This document shows positions 1 to 10,252 of a DNA stretch of 64,000 nt, in pieces. The position numbers and the translations under genes were made by a program. Below the pieces are notes generated by a model. The model had not been told where the DNA came from and searched no databases. It worked only from the letters and a program-made list of their open reading frames with translations. Position 1 is the first letter of the stretch. Every line of letters starts with the position of its first letter. The DNA is from an uncultured Candidatus Saccharibacteria bacterium (lineage in GTDB: Bacteria; Patescibacteriota; Minisyncoccia; Phycocordibacterales; DAORIS01): positions 756 through 64,755 of the forward strand of contig CAZXUH010000002.1 of the NCBI GenBank assembly GCA_964644035.1. The letters run 5' to 3'.

Positions 1-3
1 TCT

Positions 4-912
4 TTGCTCAAAAATGCTCATTATTTGGACAAAATCTCAAAAGAAAGGATTAGAGACGAGTTCGTCAAACTCCTCAACTCAGAAGACCCAGAATATGGCC
101 TTATTCTTATGAGACAACTAGGAGTACTGAAGTATGTACTACCTGAACTTGAAGAAGGAGTAGGGATGGAACAAAACCAAGCTCATGCTTATGATGTGTT
201 TACGCACATTATAAAATCCACTCAAGCAGCTGCGGATAAAAAATGGCCGCTCGATACTCGTCTAGCAGCCCTCCTACACGACATAGGAAAGCCTAGGACG
301 CGCAGAAAGGGAACAGGTGTACATAAGTGGACTTTTTATGGTCACGACGTCGTAGGAGCAAAAATGGCCCGAGAAATACTTGTCCGTCTGAAATTTCCTC
401 GTGAAACAATAGAAAAAGTTACGAAACTGGTACGTTGGCATATGTTTTTCTCTGATACAGAACAAATTACTCACTCAGCCGTCAGGAGATTGATCGTCCA
501 AGTAGGCAAAGATGATATTTGGGACCTTATGAACCTTAGAGTATGTGATCGTCTTGGTACAGGTAGACCCAAAGAAAACCCTTATAGACTAAGGAAATTC
601 CACTCTATGATAGAGGAGGTCCTAAGAGACCCTATTTCTGTCGGAATGTTGAAAATAGATGGAAAGAGAGCCATGGAAGTGACAAAAACACCTGCCGGAC
701 CAAGGATAGGGTGGTTATTGCACGCCCTATTGGAAGATGTGCTCGATGACCCTAAGAAAAATACCCCTGAATACCTGGAAGAAAGGATTATTGAGCTATC
801 AAAGCTCTCTGATGCAAAACTTAAGAAAATGGGTGAAGAAGGAAAAGATAAGAAAACAGAAGCTGAAGAAAAAGAAGTAGTAAAAATTCGTGGAAAGCAT
901 TTTGTAGAATAG
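4..912 (+). CDS. cca: CCA-adding tRNA nucleotidyltransferase / poly(A) polymerase family, C-terminal HD-domain part (5' end cut by the window edge)
   Basis: ORF opens at the window edge. The HD motif ...LAALLHDIGKP... and the downstream ...VRWHMFF... match the tail of bacterial CCA enzymes. Confidence 0.6.
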   Translation: MLKNAHYLDKISKERIRDEFVKLLNSEDPEYGLILMRQLGVLKYVLPELEEGVGMEQNQAHAYDVFTHIIKSTQAAADKKWPLDTRLAALLHDIGKPRTRRKGTGVHKWTFYGHDVVGAKMAREILVRLKFPRETIEKVTKLVRWHMFFSDTEQITHSAVRRLIVQVGKDDIWDLMNLRVCDRLGTGRPKENPYRLRKFHSMIEEVLRDPISVGMLKIDGKRAMEVTKTPAGPRIGWLLHALLEDVLDDPKKNTPEYLEERIIELSKLSDAKLKKMGEEGKDKKTEAEEKEVVKIRGKHFVE

Positions 913-1152
913 TTTCTAATTATTTTTATTTTAAGATAAAAATTTAGGTAAAAAAAAGAGACTTAATTCTTTGGCACTCCGGAGAGTGATCAGAAACAAG
1001 TCTCTTGGTATCAGTGAAGACTGAAGGGCTTCGACGTGAGACGTCGACTACAAGTGGGCCAGTTAGAAAACTGACTTTAAAAATTCGACTTTGTGAGTCG
1101 AGGTACAAACTTAATGTTCAATGATCTGGCCTGGATTCATTGTAGCAACTAT

Positions 1153-1189
1153 AAAGGACATGTCAACGAGTTATCCACAGCCGTCCTTT
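1153..1189. terminator. inverted repeat AAAGGAC/GTCCTTT just 3' of xth (large loop, weak)
   Basis: A 7-bp stem flanks a 23-nt loop that contains a perfect TTATCCACA 9-mer. It sits directly after the xth stop on the minus strand. Confidence 0.3.
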
Positions 1190-1198
1190 ATAATCAAA

Positions 1199-1966
1199 TT
1201 ATTTTATTATCAACTCAATAGGACAGTGGTCTGAGCCGAGTACGTCCTTGTGCACTACGACGTCTTTTACCTTATTCATTATATTTTGACTAGCGAAAAA
1301 GTAGTCTATACGCCACCCAACATTGCGCTCTCTTGCAGCAGTCTTCATGTCCCAATACGTGTAGACGTCTTTTTTATTGGGATAGAGTGTCCTATAGACA
1401 TCGACGAAGCCCGATGAAATAACTTCATCGATCCACGCTCTTTCTTCTGGTAGAAATCCTGTATTCTTTTCATTTTCTTTTGGTCGTGCCAAATCGATTT
1501 CTTCATGTGCAGTGTTTATATCTCCACAAAAAATAACTGGCTTTTTCTTTTTCAATTTATTTACGTATGCAAGAAAATCATCGTAAAATCTCAATTTGTA
1601 ATCGAGCCTGACTGGACCACCGCCGCCATTGGGGAAATATACGTTGAGCAAATAGAAATCTTCCATCTCGAGCATAACCACTCTGCCTTCTTGATCATAT
1701 TCTTCGAATCCAAAACCTATTTGGGCCATCACTGGCTTAATTTTTGTATAAATAGCTACACCGCTATAGCCCTTTTTAACAGAAGAGTGAGCAAAATAGC
1801 TCATGTGATATCCCAAAATATCCTTTATTTCAGGCCCCAATTGGTCTGGATGAGCTTTTGTCTCCTGTATGCAGAAAATATCTGGAGATTTCTTTATAAA
1901 CCATTCAAAATTGCCTTTTTTATATACTGCTCTGATGCCATTTACGTTCCAACAGACGATATTCAT
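1199..1966 (-). CDS. xth: exodeoxyribonuclease III (ExoIII/APE1-family AP endonuclease)
   Basis: N-terminus MNIVCWNVNGIRA..., ...FCIQETK..., C-terminal ...GSDHCPI... are all characteristic of the EEP/ExoIII family. 255 aa. Confidence 0.9.
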   Translation of the reverse strand: MNIVCWNVNGIRAVYKKGNFEWFIKKSPDIFCIQETKAHPDQLGPEIKDILGYHMSYFAHSSVKKGYSGVAIYTKIKPVMAQIGFGFEEYDQEGRVVMLEMEDFYLLNVYFPNGGGGPVRLDYKLRFYDDFLAYVNKLKKKKPVIFCGDINTAHEEIDLARPKENEKNTGFLPEERAWIDEVISSGFVDVYRTLYPNKKDVYTYWDMKTAARERNVGWRIDYFFASQNIMNKVKDVVVHKDVLGSDHCPIELIIK

Positions 1967-1967
1967 G

Positions 1968-2945
1968 TTATTTTTTATTGTGAAACTTCTTATGTATCTC
2001 TTTGAGATGTTTATCAGTGATATGGGTATAGATCTGCGTGGTCGCTATATTAGCATGGCCAAGTAACATCTGAACAGAACGCAGATCAGCTCCATTTTGT
2101 AAAAGATCGGTAGCAAAACTGTGTCGTATAACGTGGGGTGTAACTTTTTTTGAAATTCCAGCTTTGATAGCATAGTGTTTGACGATGCGTTCGATAGAAC
2201 GAGGAGTGAGACGCAATGTACTCTTAGTTTTATCTTTCTGAAGAGGGGAAAACTGTATAAAAAGAGCATCGTCGGTGTCAGCACGCTTATCCAAATAGAG
2301 TTTGATCGATGTTTTTGCTTCATCTGAGAGGAAAACAACTCGTACTTTATCACCCTTGCCTCTCACAGAGAATTCATCGCTCTTGAGATTGATATCTCTA
2401 GAGAGACCTGCTAGTTCTGAAACACGGAGTCCTGTGGAGAAAAATAGTTGCAGTAGAGCCATATCTCGCAAAGCTATAATGTCTACATCCTGCTTTTTGG
2501 TCTTCTTTGATTCATTTTGAGATCTCATTTTCGGTGCCTCAAGAAGACGATCAAGCTCATCTCGAGAGATAAGATCAATGGACCTCTCTGGAATCTTCGC
2601 CAACTCTATTCTGTCTGGGGAGAGAGAAGTAATGTTTCTTTTAACCAAATACTTGAGGAAAGCTCTCATGGCTATAAGATGATAATTCTGAGTCTTCTTC
2701 TTTAATGTTTCATTCCTACCATCAATAGTACGTCCAGAGGGCTGTCTGTTGAGCCAAAGGCGAAACTCTCTTATAGAGTCGTCACTTATATCATTGGACT
2801 TAGAAAGCTTGGTAAAATCGTGAAATTTGGACAGATAATGCTCGTAATTGCGTATCGTCTTGAGGCTTCTGCCTTTTTCTATCTCCAAATACTCCAAAAA
2901 TTCGCGTATTCGAGTCCAAAGCTCTGATTTTTTATTGTCCGACAT
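1968..2945 (-). CDS. tyrosine site-specific recombinase, XerC/XerD family
   Basis: C-terminal catalytic region ...HVIRHSFATDLLQNGADLRSVQMLLGHANIATTQIYTH... carries the R..H..R..Y signature of the family. 325 aa. Confidence 0.85.
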   Translation of the reverse strand: MSDNKKSELWTRIREFLEYLEIEKGRSLKTIRNYEHYLSKFHDFTKLSKSNDISDDSIREFRLWLNRQPSGRTIDGRNETLKKKTQNYHLIAMRAFLKYLVKRNITSLSPDRIELAKIPERSIDLISRDELDRLLEAPKMRSQNESKKTKKQDVDIIALRDMALLQLFFSTGLRVSELAGLSRDINLKSDEFSVRGKGDKVRVVFLSDEAKTSIKLYLDKRADTDDALFIQFSPLQKDKTKSTLRLTPRSIERIVKHYAIKAGISKKVTPHVIRHSFATDLLQNGADLRSVQMLLGHANIATTQIYTHITDKHLKEIHKKFHNKK

Positions 2946-3029
2946 TGGATAAAGTATACCACCTTAAAATACTAGGGTCATATGAAATCACTTGCGCAGT
3001 AAAGATATTTATGCTATTATATCAGAACC

Positions 3030-3302
3030 ATGTTGACGAAAACGCAAAAAGCTAAAATCACGAAGGAAATCGCAGTCCACGACAAGGACACGGGTTCTCC
3101 AGAAGTTCAGGTTGCCCTTCTCACTAAGAGAATCGAGGAATTGACCGATCACCTCAAGAAAAATAAGAAGGATAAGCACTCACGACGCGGACTTCTCCAG
3201 ATGGTTGCAGATCGACAGACTCATCTCAACTACCTTATGAAGAAAGACGAGAAGCGATATTCGACAGTGGTAAAGAAGCTTGGTCTCAAGAAAAAATCCT
3301 AA
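3030..3302 (+). CDS. rpsO: 30S ribosomal protein S15
   Basis: 90 aa, ...[35 protein letters not shown]..., typical of S15. Confidence 0.95.
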   Translation: MLTKTQKAKITKEIAVHDKDTGSPEVQVALLTKRIEELTDHLKKNKKDKHSRRGLLQMVADRQTHLNYLMKKDEKRYSTVVKKLGLKKKS

Positions 3303-3314
3303 TTTCAACACATT

Positions 3315-3346
3315 CTGCCCACCACAAGGTGGGCAGTGTGCTTTTT
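3315..3346 (+). terminator. Rho-independent terminator after rpsO
   Basis: CTGCCCACC-acaa-GGTGGGCAG stem-loop followed by TGTGCTTTTT. Confidence 0.7.
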
Positions 3347-3390
3347 AGATCTCCCCCAAGCGGGAGAAAATAATATATACTTAATAGAAT

Positions 3391-4011
3391 ATGACAGTTA
3401 TTAAACACAAAGAACAGAGAGTTGGTATTTTTATCGACGCTCAAAACCTCTATCACAGTGCAAAAAATCTTTATAGAGCAAAAGTCAATTTTGGCCAGAT
3501 TATGAAAGATGCCGTTGCTGGACGAGCACTTATCCGGGCAGTGGCATATGTAATTACTACCGAATCAGGTGAAGAAAAAAGCTTTTTCGAAGCTTTGGAA
3601 AAACTTGGTATCGAAACAAAAACAAAAAATCTGCAGATCTTTTCAGGTGGCGCAAAAAAAGGTGATTGGGACGTCGGTCTCGCAGTTGATGCTATAAAAA
3701 TGGCACCCAAACTCGATACGGTTATTTTGGCCTCTGGAGATGGAGACTTCGTACCGCTCGTCGAATACTTGAAAATGAATGAAGGATGTCAGGTAGAAGT
3801 AATCGCCTTTGGAAAATCTTCTTCATCAAAACTTATCGAATCGACCGACGACTTTATCGATCTCTGCGACAATCCTAAAAAATACATTCTCGGTTATAGA
3901 AGCGAAAGATATCAAGGCTCAAATAAAAATAGCCGCAATGAGAAACACTCAGATGCGGTATTTGCTCAGACAGAAGCTTCCGATGACGAATCAGAAGGTA
4001 AAGAATTTTAA
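3391..4011 (+). CDS. NYN-domain (LabA/NYN-like) putative RNase
   Basis: GIFIDAQNLYHSAKNLY..., ...VILASGDGDFVPLVEYLK... matches the PIN-like NYN fold pattern. Confidence 0.65.
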   Translation: MTVIKHKEQRVGIFIDAQNLYHSAKNLYRAKVNFGQIMKDAVAGRALIRAVAYVITTESGEEKSFFEALEKLGIETKTKNLQIFSGGAKKGDWDVGLAVDAIKMAPKLDTVILASGDGDFVPLVEYLKMNEGCQVEVIAFGKSSSSKLIESTDDFIDLCDNPKKYILGYRSERYQGSNKNSRNEKHSDAVFAQTEASDDESEGKEF

Positions 4012-4049
4012 TACACTATCGGCTGAAAGGGTGTTAGACTTTAGTACAC

Positions 4050-5015
4050 ATGCACGAAGACGAGAATAAAAAAGACCTGACCGGAGCTCTCAAGGCATTG
4101 GAATTTAACAATGCCATTATCAAGCCCGAGGAGAAGAAAAAACAAGACGATTTTGCTGAGCAACAGGCATCTATAGCAAATGATTCTCTGATTCGACCAC
4201 TTCGAACCTTCGAAAGCGATTCCGCAGAAGCGATAAAACAAGGCCAGCAGTCCTTGTACTCAATAGCTCAAGCAGAAAAAGCAAAGCGAGCTAAGAGAGG
4301 TGAATCTGATCCAGAAAAAGAAGATATTAAAAAGAATAGTGCTCTACTTTTGCTCAGCGGTGCACTCTTTCTTGCTGGCGGAGCATTCCTTTTATATTTT
4401 TTCCTACTAAGAACTTTTTTACCTGATAAAACAGTGTTGGTAACACCAACAATCAATTCAGTTATTACCAGTCAACACGAAATTGACCTAGCAAATACCG
4501 ACCAAACATCGAGAGGAGCAATCGTGGCATCAGTGCGAACTGTGCTCGGTCAAAATCCTAGAAATAAAGATGAGATAGAAAATATACGTATCACCAAAGA
4601 CGGAAAAGATATTGATATCAGTGACATTATTTTAGATTTTTCAGAAAATACACCTCCATCACTCTTGAGATCATTCAGTACCAACGAATACATGATCGGA
4701 TCTATCCAAAAAGAAACAAAATTGCCTTTCTTCATCACGAAGATCAATTATTATGACAATGCATTTGCTGGAATGCTTAAATGGGAAGAAGATATGCAGC
4801 AAGTATTTGTAAAATTAGGTATCAGCGCTCTTACTACTGCTCCTTGGAGGGATGCGATTGTTAAAAATAAAGACGTACGACTTCTAAAAAACGAAAGCGG
4901 TGATACTGTAATGCTGTATGGATTTTACGACAAAGAAACACTGGTTATAGCTCCGAGCGAAGAGGTGTTTTCCGACGTACTTGCTGGCCTACGAGCACGA
5001 CAAACAAGCAGATAA
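4050..5015 (+). CDS. hypothetical single-pass membrane protein
   Basis: 321 aa. A charged N-terminal region, one hydrophobic helix (ALLLLSGALFLAGGAFLLYFFLL), then a C-terminal domain with no recognisable family. Confidence 0.45.
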   Translation: MHEDENKKDLTGALKALEFNNAIIKPEEKKKQDDFAEQQASIANDSLIRPLRTFESDSAEAIKQGQQSLYSIAQAEKAKRAKRGESDPEKEDIKKNSALLLLSGALFLAGGAFLLYFFLLRTFLPDKTVLVTPTINSVITSQHEIDLANTDQTSRGAIVASVRTVLGQNPRNKDEIENIRITKDGKDIDISDIILDFSENTPPSLLRSFSTNEYMIGSIQKETKLPFFITKINYYDNAFAGMLKWEEDMQQVFVKLGISALTTAPWRDAIVKNKDVRLLKNESGDTVMLYGFYDKETLVIAPSEEVFSDVLAGLRARQTSR

Positions 5016-5050
5016 TTGCAGGGCCATACCGCCTAGGGTATGATAGGTAT

Positions 5051-5416
5051 ATGGACACAAACGATTACAAAACATATACCGAAAAACTGAAGCAGGAACT
5101 TGCTCTTCTAGAAAAAGAGCTCAGTGCTACCGGCAGAAAGAACCCCGACCATCCGGGAGATTGGGAAGCAAAGCCCGATGAACTTGATATTCAGGCCTCT
5201 GACGAAAATGAGGTTGCCGACAAACTTGAATCCTACGAAAGTAACGAGGTAATATTGAATCAACTCGAAGCAAGATACAATCAAGTTAAAAATGCGCTCA
5301 CTCGTATAGAAGAAAAAGCATTTGGTATCTGCAAAATCTGTCAGAAACCAATCGAAAAAGAAAGATTGGAAGCAAATCCTGCAGCCGAAACTTGTATCGA
5401 TCACAAAAACGAATAA
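5051..5416 (+). CDS. DksA/TraR-family C4 zinc-finger protein
   Basis: A coiled-coil N-terminus followed by ...GICKICQKPIEKERLEANPAAETCIDHK at the C-terminus, which is the typical DksA/TraR finger. Confidence 0.7.
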   Translation: MDTNDYKTYTEKLKQELALLEKELSATGRKNPDHPGDWEAKPDELDIQASDENEVADKLESYESNEVILNQLEARYNQVKNALTRIEEKAFGICKICQKPIEKERLEANPAAETCIDHKNE

Positions 5417-5440
5417 TTCAGACAAAGAAAATCAAAATAT

Positions 5441-5470
5441 ACCCCTTTAACTAACAGGGGTTTTATTTTT
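5441..5470 (+). terminator. Rho-independent terminator
   Basis: ACCCCT-ttaactaac-AGGGGT hairpin followed by a T-run. Confidence 0.7.
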
Positions 5471-5522
5471 TCTATAACAAAACTACAGACATTCTTCATG
5501 CCGATTGAGCAATAATGGGTGA

Positions 5523-7022
5523 ATGAATTTTGCAAAAGTGCACAGTGCACAAACTTTTTTACTAAAAGCTCACATTATCGATATAGAAGTAGACATATCA
5601 AGAGGCATGCATGCCTTTTCAATCGTAGGCTTGCCTGACAAAGCAGTAGAGGAGGCGAGGGATAGAGTAGCAGCAGCTATCAAACATGCAGGCTTTGTTT
5701 CACCCAAACAATCCAATCAAAAAATAACTATTTCATTGGCACCAGCTCATGTCAGAAAAGAGGGGCCGCATTTTGATTTGGGTATAGCGATAGCGTATTT
5801 GATTGCCAAAGAAGAAATATCCTACGAGGCAAACAAAACTCTTTTCCTTGGGGAACTATCGCTCGATGGAATGATCCGTCCGATACGAGGTACGCTGCCC
5901 TTGGTTGCTCATGCAAAAGAAGTTGGATTCAATGCCGTCTTTCTTCCAAAAGAAAATGCTAAAGAAGCAGCATTGATCGAGGGAATAAATATATTTGGAG
6001 CTTCATCGATCCATGAAGTACTTAAACATATTTCAAGCGACTCATTGATATCTTCTCAGCCAAAAACTATTCTCGAAGAAAATGAGAAGCTTGAAGTTAT
6101 TGATATCTCCGAAATAGCTGGGCAAGAAGTGGCGAAGAGGGCACTACTGATCGCGGCGGCAGGCGGACACAACATGGCACTCTGGGGACCACCCGGTACT
6201 GGCAAGACCATGCTGGCAAAATCATTTAGAGGAATTTTACCGGATCTGACATTTGAAGAATCATTGGAGGTCACATCAATACACTCTGTCGCAGGATTGC
6301 TCAAAGAAAGTTTAATGGTATTGCCCCCATTTAGGTCACCGCACCATACTGCTTCGTATAGTTCACTTGTGGGTGGAGGAACTGTACCTAAACCCGGAGA
6401 AGTAACACTCGCTCACAAGGGAGTTTTATTTTTGGATGAATTACCTGAATTTGATTCCAAAGTACTCGATGCACTCAGAGAACCGCTCGAGGAACATTCG
6501 GTAAGTATATCGAGAGTCAAAGGTAGTGGACATTTTCCAGCAGATTTTATTCTGATTGCTGCACTCAATCCTTGTCCGTGCGGAAATTATGAGTCAGCAG
6601 GTCGAACATGCACCTGTCCACCGCAGATTATTGATAAATATAGAGGCAGAGTATCAGGACCGATCGTCGATAGAATAGATATGTGGGTTGAAGTATCAAC
6701 AGTGCACTATGAAAAAATGTATTCGAAAAACGAGACACTGACTTCTGTAGATTTGCGTAAGAAAGTAGAATTCGCCAGAGAAAAACAAAGACAGAGATCA
6801 AAATATATAAATAGCAGAGTGCCGAGAAAATTTATAGACCAATTAAATATAGAAAAGAGTAGTCTTAACCTTCTCAATTCTTCTGCAGAAAGATTGGGTT
6901 TGTCGGGAAGGAGTTACCATAAGATTATTCGCTTAGCCCGAACAATTGCTGATATAGAAAATGCAGATCAGGTACTTCCAGCACATATACTGGAAGCACT
7001 GCAATATCGAAAGAAGTATTAG
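5523..7022 (+). CDS. comM: YifB/ComM Mg-chelatase-like AAA+ ATPase
   Basis: N-terminal Lon-protease-like (ChlI) domain, Walker A GPPGTGKT, and the C-terminal Mg-chelatase subunit ChlI domain. 499 aa. Confidence 0.9.
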   Translation: MNFAKVHSAQTFLLKAHIIDIEVDISRGMHAFSIVGLPDKAVEEARDRVAAAIKHAGFVSPKQSNQKITISLAPAHVRKEGPHFDLGIAIAYLIAKEEISYEANKTLFLGELSLDGMIRPIRGTLPLVAHAKEVGFNAVFLPKENAKEAALIEGINIFGASSIHEVLKHISSDSLISSQPKTILEENEKLEVIDISEIAGQEVAKRALLIAAAGGHNMALWGPPGTGKTMLAKSFRGILPDLTFEESLEVTSIHSVAGLLKESLMVLPPFRSPHHTASYSSLVGGGTVPKPGEVTLAHKGVLFLDELPEFDSKVLDALREPLEEHSVSISRVKGSGHFPADFILIAALNPCPCGNYESAGRTCTCPPQIIDKYRGRVSGPIVDRIDMWVEVSTVHYEKMYSKNETLTSVDLRKKVEFAREKQRQRSKYINSRVPRKFIDQLNIEKSSLNLLNSSAERLGLSGRSYHKIIRLARTIADIENADQVLPAHILEALQYRKKY

Positions 7023-7990
7023 AAAGGATTTTTACCGCCGCGAACTTCAAAGTGTAGATGTATACCAGTTGCTTTACCTGATGCGCCCATTTTACCTACT
7101 TGCTGTCCCTGAACAACCGTTTCACCCACACCAACAGATACTTCGGAGAGGTGGGCATAGAGAGTTTGCATACCATTTGGATGACTTATAACAACGTAGC
7201 TTCCGTAACCACCATTCCAACCGGCGCTTCTACTGATTACTACAGTTCCGCCGGCAGCCGCTACAATCGGAGCACCCATCTTACTTGCAAGATCAACGCC
7301 ATTGTAACCGTGTATACCCTGAGTACGTCGAGCACCAGAAACTGGATTGATAAAGTATCCTGTTGAATCTTTGCCGGCGCTTGCAGAGATAAGAACACCG
7401 TTGGCGCCACCAGATTTGACCGTTGAAGTTGTTTTTACAGGTGCTGAAAGGACCAATTCACCATCAGGAATAATGACTGTATCACCAACTGCGAGAGTAG
7501 CATTGTCGGCAAGGGCATTGAAAGACCTGATTTCGGCTTCATCGGCCTTGTATTTCTTGGCAATAGTCTGAATCGTATCGCCTTTCTTAACAATATGCGA
7601 AACGCCGCTCACTGGAAGAATGACGAGAGTCTGGCCAGGCTTGATCCTATCCTTGGTAGTGAGATTGTTGGACCACATGACGGTATTGACCGACACTTGG
7701 AACATTTCCGCGATCTGGCTGAGGGTATCGCCTTCGCGAACAACGTATGTACTAATGAGTTGGCTATGCTTCTGAGAAACATCCTCCGTAGGGACAGCCA
7801 AAGCATCGTGATCAACTACAAGTTCATCCTGAAGAGTGTAGTTACCAGCCACCAAAGCCTCCATAGTCTGAGAATTTTGCCGTGGAACCTCTGCCTTTAC
7901 CTTTGTAGTCACAAAAAAGCTCTTTACCGTCGTAAAAATGTTTGCCTGAGCTCTCAAATACGGGAAAAAGACCAGCACAAAAAAACACAC
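7019..7990 (-). CDS. LysM-domain M23 peptidase (peptidoglycan endopeptidase)
   Basis: Two LysM-like repeats (VREGDTLSQIAEMF, VKKGDTIQTIAKKY) and an M23 catalytic region ...HGYNGVDL...GIHLHFEVR. Confidence 0.85.
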   Translation of the reverse strand: MCFFVLVFFPYLRAQANIFTTVKSFFVTTKVKAEVPRQNSQTMEALVAGNYTLQDELVVDHDALAVPTEDVSQKHSQLISTYVVREGDTLSQIAEMFQVSVNTVMWSNNLTTKDRIKPGQTLVILPVSGVSHIVKKGDTIQTIAKKYKADEAEIRSFNALADNATLAVGDTVIIPDGELVLSAPVKTTSTVKSGGANGVLISASAGKDSTGYFINPVSGARRTQGIHGYNGVDLASKMGAPIVAAAGGTVVISRSAGWNGGYGSYVVISHPNGMQTLYAHLSEVSVGVGETVVQGQQVGKMGASGKATGIHLHFEVRGGKNPF

Positions 7991-8222
7991 ACCAGCGAGG
8001 ATGGTTTTTAAAACATATTTGATGAGCCGTTTACCAGAAGAAGGAGTACTTCTACCAGAGTAATCGGAATGGTTCGAGGTTGGTCGGATATATTTTTTGA
8101 CTTAGCGACAGTATCGGAAATGGCTTAATGGAGCCATATTAAGGGAGAATCGGTATGACATGCTTAGAACGTTTTCTTCCAAACATAGTGAAACTATAGA
8201 CGATTGATGGCAAGAGTCAACG

Positions 8223-8262
8223 TTGACAAAAAATTGATAAATATGGATAAAAATAATGAATT
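8223..8262 (+). promoter_or_regulatory. candidate sigma70-like promoter upstream of pcrA
   Basis: TTGACA hexamer followed by an AT-rich -10-like GATAAAAAT in a 289-nt divergent intergenic region. Sequence inspection only. Confidence 0.25.
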
Positions 8263-8300
8263 TTAGGGGTCTGAAAGACCAAATGATATAGTAAGTATCC

Positions 8301-10238
8301 ATGGAACATCTCGAAAGCTTAAACGAACGTCAAAAAGAAGTTGTATTGCACCGCGATGGACCGATTTTGATCCTCGCTGGGGCCGGTGCAGGCAAGACAA
8401 AGACGATTACTCACCGAATTCTCCATCTTATAAAGCAAGGAGTAGCTCCGCATGAAATTCTGGCCATTACTTTTACAAACAAAGCTGCAAAAGAGATGCG
8501 TGAGAGAGTGCTGAAGCTATTGCAAGGCGACAAAACACTCAATGTTCCTATTTCTTTTACTGAAAAGCCATTTGTGAGCACATTTCACTCGCTTGGCGTA
8601 CATATTATCAAGGAACAATGTGAAAAAATCGGTGTCACTAAGAATTTCAGCATCTTGGACAGAGGGGATTCAAAACGTTTGGTCAAAGAGGCTGAAGAAA
8701 AACTCGGTCTTGACCCAAAACAGTTCGAACCAGGCAAAATACTTGGTATTATCTCCCGCCAAAAGGGAAATATGGTCAATGTCGACCAATATCAGGCTAT
8801 GGCTGGCAATGGATATATAGAAAGGATTGTTGGGGACATATGGGAACAGTATGAAAAACTATGCTTGAGAGAGAAAGCACTCGATTTTGATGATCTTCTG
8901 ATAAAAGCTGCGCAGTTGCTCCAAAACGATCTCTCAGTCAGAGCTCACTATGCCAATATTTGGAAATACGTTCATATCGATGAATATCAAGACACAAACA
9001 AGGTTCAATACCGGATTTCCAAACTGCTTGCCGAAACCAATCGTAATGTCTGTGCGGTTGGGGATATTGATCAGACCATTTATAGTTGGCGAGGTGCCGA
9101 TATCTCAAACATCCTCAACTTTGAGAAAGATTATCCTGAAGCCAAGGTAGTACTTCTTGAGCAAAACTATCGTTCAACAAAAACTATCCTTGAGGCTGCA
9201 AATTCCATCATCGAAAAAAACAAAAGAAGAAAAAAGAAAATTCTTTTTACAGAAAATGAAGATGGGGAGAAAATCAGCCTCTATGGCGCATATGATGAAA
9301 GTGATGAAGCGCATTTCATTGCTCTAAAAACAAAAGAATTGCTCGGTGAGGGAATACCCGCCGAAGAGATCGCCGTATTATATAGAGCAAATTTCCAATC
9401 GCGTATTCTTGAAGAAGCATTTCTTTCTCACAACGTACCGTATCAGGTCTTGGGCACACGATTCTTCGAACGAAAAGAAATCAAAGATATTATTTCGTAT
9501 ATAAAAGCCGCGCTCAATCCCGATTCGCTGAGCGATATTAAAAGAATTATCAATGCACCACCACGTGGGATTGGAAAAGTTGGTCTCCTAAAAATATTTT
9601 CCGGAAACAGAGAGGCTCTACCTGCTGCTCAAAAAGATAAGGTAAATCATTTCTATGATTTACTTGGAAAAATAAAAGATGCATCAGAAACCGAGACACC
9701 AAGCAGACTTATACGATACGTATTTGAAATAAGTGGTATGAAAACAGTACTTGAGCAAGGTACCGACGAAGATGTTGAAAGAATAGAGAACGTACAAGAA
9801 CTCGTCACCCTCGCCTCAAGATATGACGGCATGCCCAAAGAAAAAGCGCTCGAGACTTTTATAGAAGATGTTTCACTTGCATCGGATCAAGACTCAATGG
9901 ACAACAAAGGCAGTGCGACACGACTCATGACTGTACATGCATCCAAAGGTTTGGAATTCCAGTATGTATTTATCTGCGGACTCGAAGAAGATCTATTTCC
10001 TCATACCAAAGATGGCGAAGTAAAAGATGATGACGAAGAAGAACGCAGACTTTTCTATGTGGCACTTACAAGAGCAAAGAAAAAATTGTATCTTTCCTAC
10101 GCCGGTGTCCGCACGATCTTCGGTAGTAAGCAGATCAATGTACCATCTCAATTTTTGGGTGAGATAGGTGACACACTTATCGAAGCAGAATCTTCGGGAG
10201 GTAACCATGGAGTAAGAAAAGTGATATATTTCGATTAA
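8301..10238 (+). CDS. pcrA: ATP-dependent DNA helicase, UvrD/PcrA/Rep family
   Basis: GAGAGKTKTITHRI (motif I), DEYQDTN (motif II), and the C-terminal ...LYVALTRAKKKL... helicase motif VI region. 645 aa. Confidence 0.9.
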   Translation: MEHLESLNERQKEVVLHRDGPILILAGAGAGKTKTITHRILHLIKQGVAPHEILAITFTNKAAKEMRERVLKLLQGDKTLNVPISFTEKPFVSTFHSLGVHIIKEQCEKIGVTKNFSILDRGDSKRLVKEAEEKLGLDPKQFEPGKILGIISRQKGNMVNVDQYQAMAGNGYIERIVGDIWEQYEKLCLREKALDFDDLLIKAAQLLQNDLSVRAHYANIWKYVHIDEYQDTNKVQYRISKLLAETNRNVCAVGDIDQTIYSWRGADISNILNFEKDYPEAKVVLLEQNYRSTKTILEAANSIIEKNKRRKKKILFTENEDGEKISLYGAYDESDEAHFIALKTKELLGEGIPAEEIAVLYRANFQSRILEEAFLSHNVPYQVLGTRFFERKEIKDIISYIKAALNPDSLSDIKRIINAPPRGIGKVGLLKIFSGNREALPAAQKDKVNHFYDLLGKIKDASETETPSRLIRYVFEISGMKTVLEQGTDEDVERIENVQELVTLASRYDGMPKEKALETFIEDVSLASDQDSMDNKGSATRLMTVHASKGLEFQYVFICGLEEDLFPHTKDGEVKDDDEEERRLFYVALTRAKKKLYLSYAGVRTIFGSKQINVPSQFLGEIGDTLIEAESSGGNHGVRKVIYFD

Positions 10239-10252
10239 GTAGACGCGTATGT

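Noticed and set aside
274-474. Antisense and overlapping small ORFs from the six-frame track inside or opposite well-supported genes. Examples are 274-474, 1505-2005, 2045-2353, 3471-3710, 6056-6304, 7100-7571, 13671-14306, 15102-15571, 16768-17547, 35063-35362, 39980-40420 and 46051-46500.
   Set aside because: Each lies within a longer ORF on the other strand or frame that has clear family signatures. The shorter ORFs have no recognisable motifs and their composition is typical of shadow ORFs.
1171-1179. Perfect DnaA box TTATCCACA near xth.
   Set aside because: It is a single isolated 9-mer (about 0.5 expected by chance in 64 kb on two strands) inside a terminator-like hairpin loop, far from dnaA. 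The real origin signals are at 26.8-28.5 kb.
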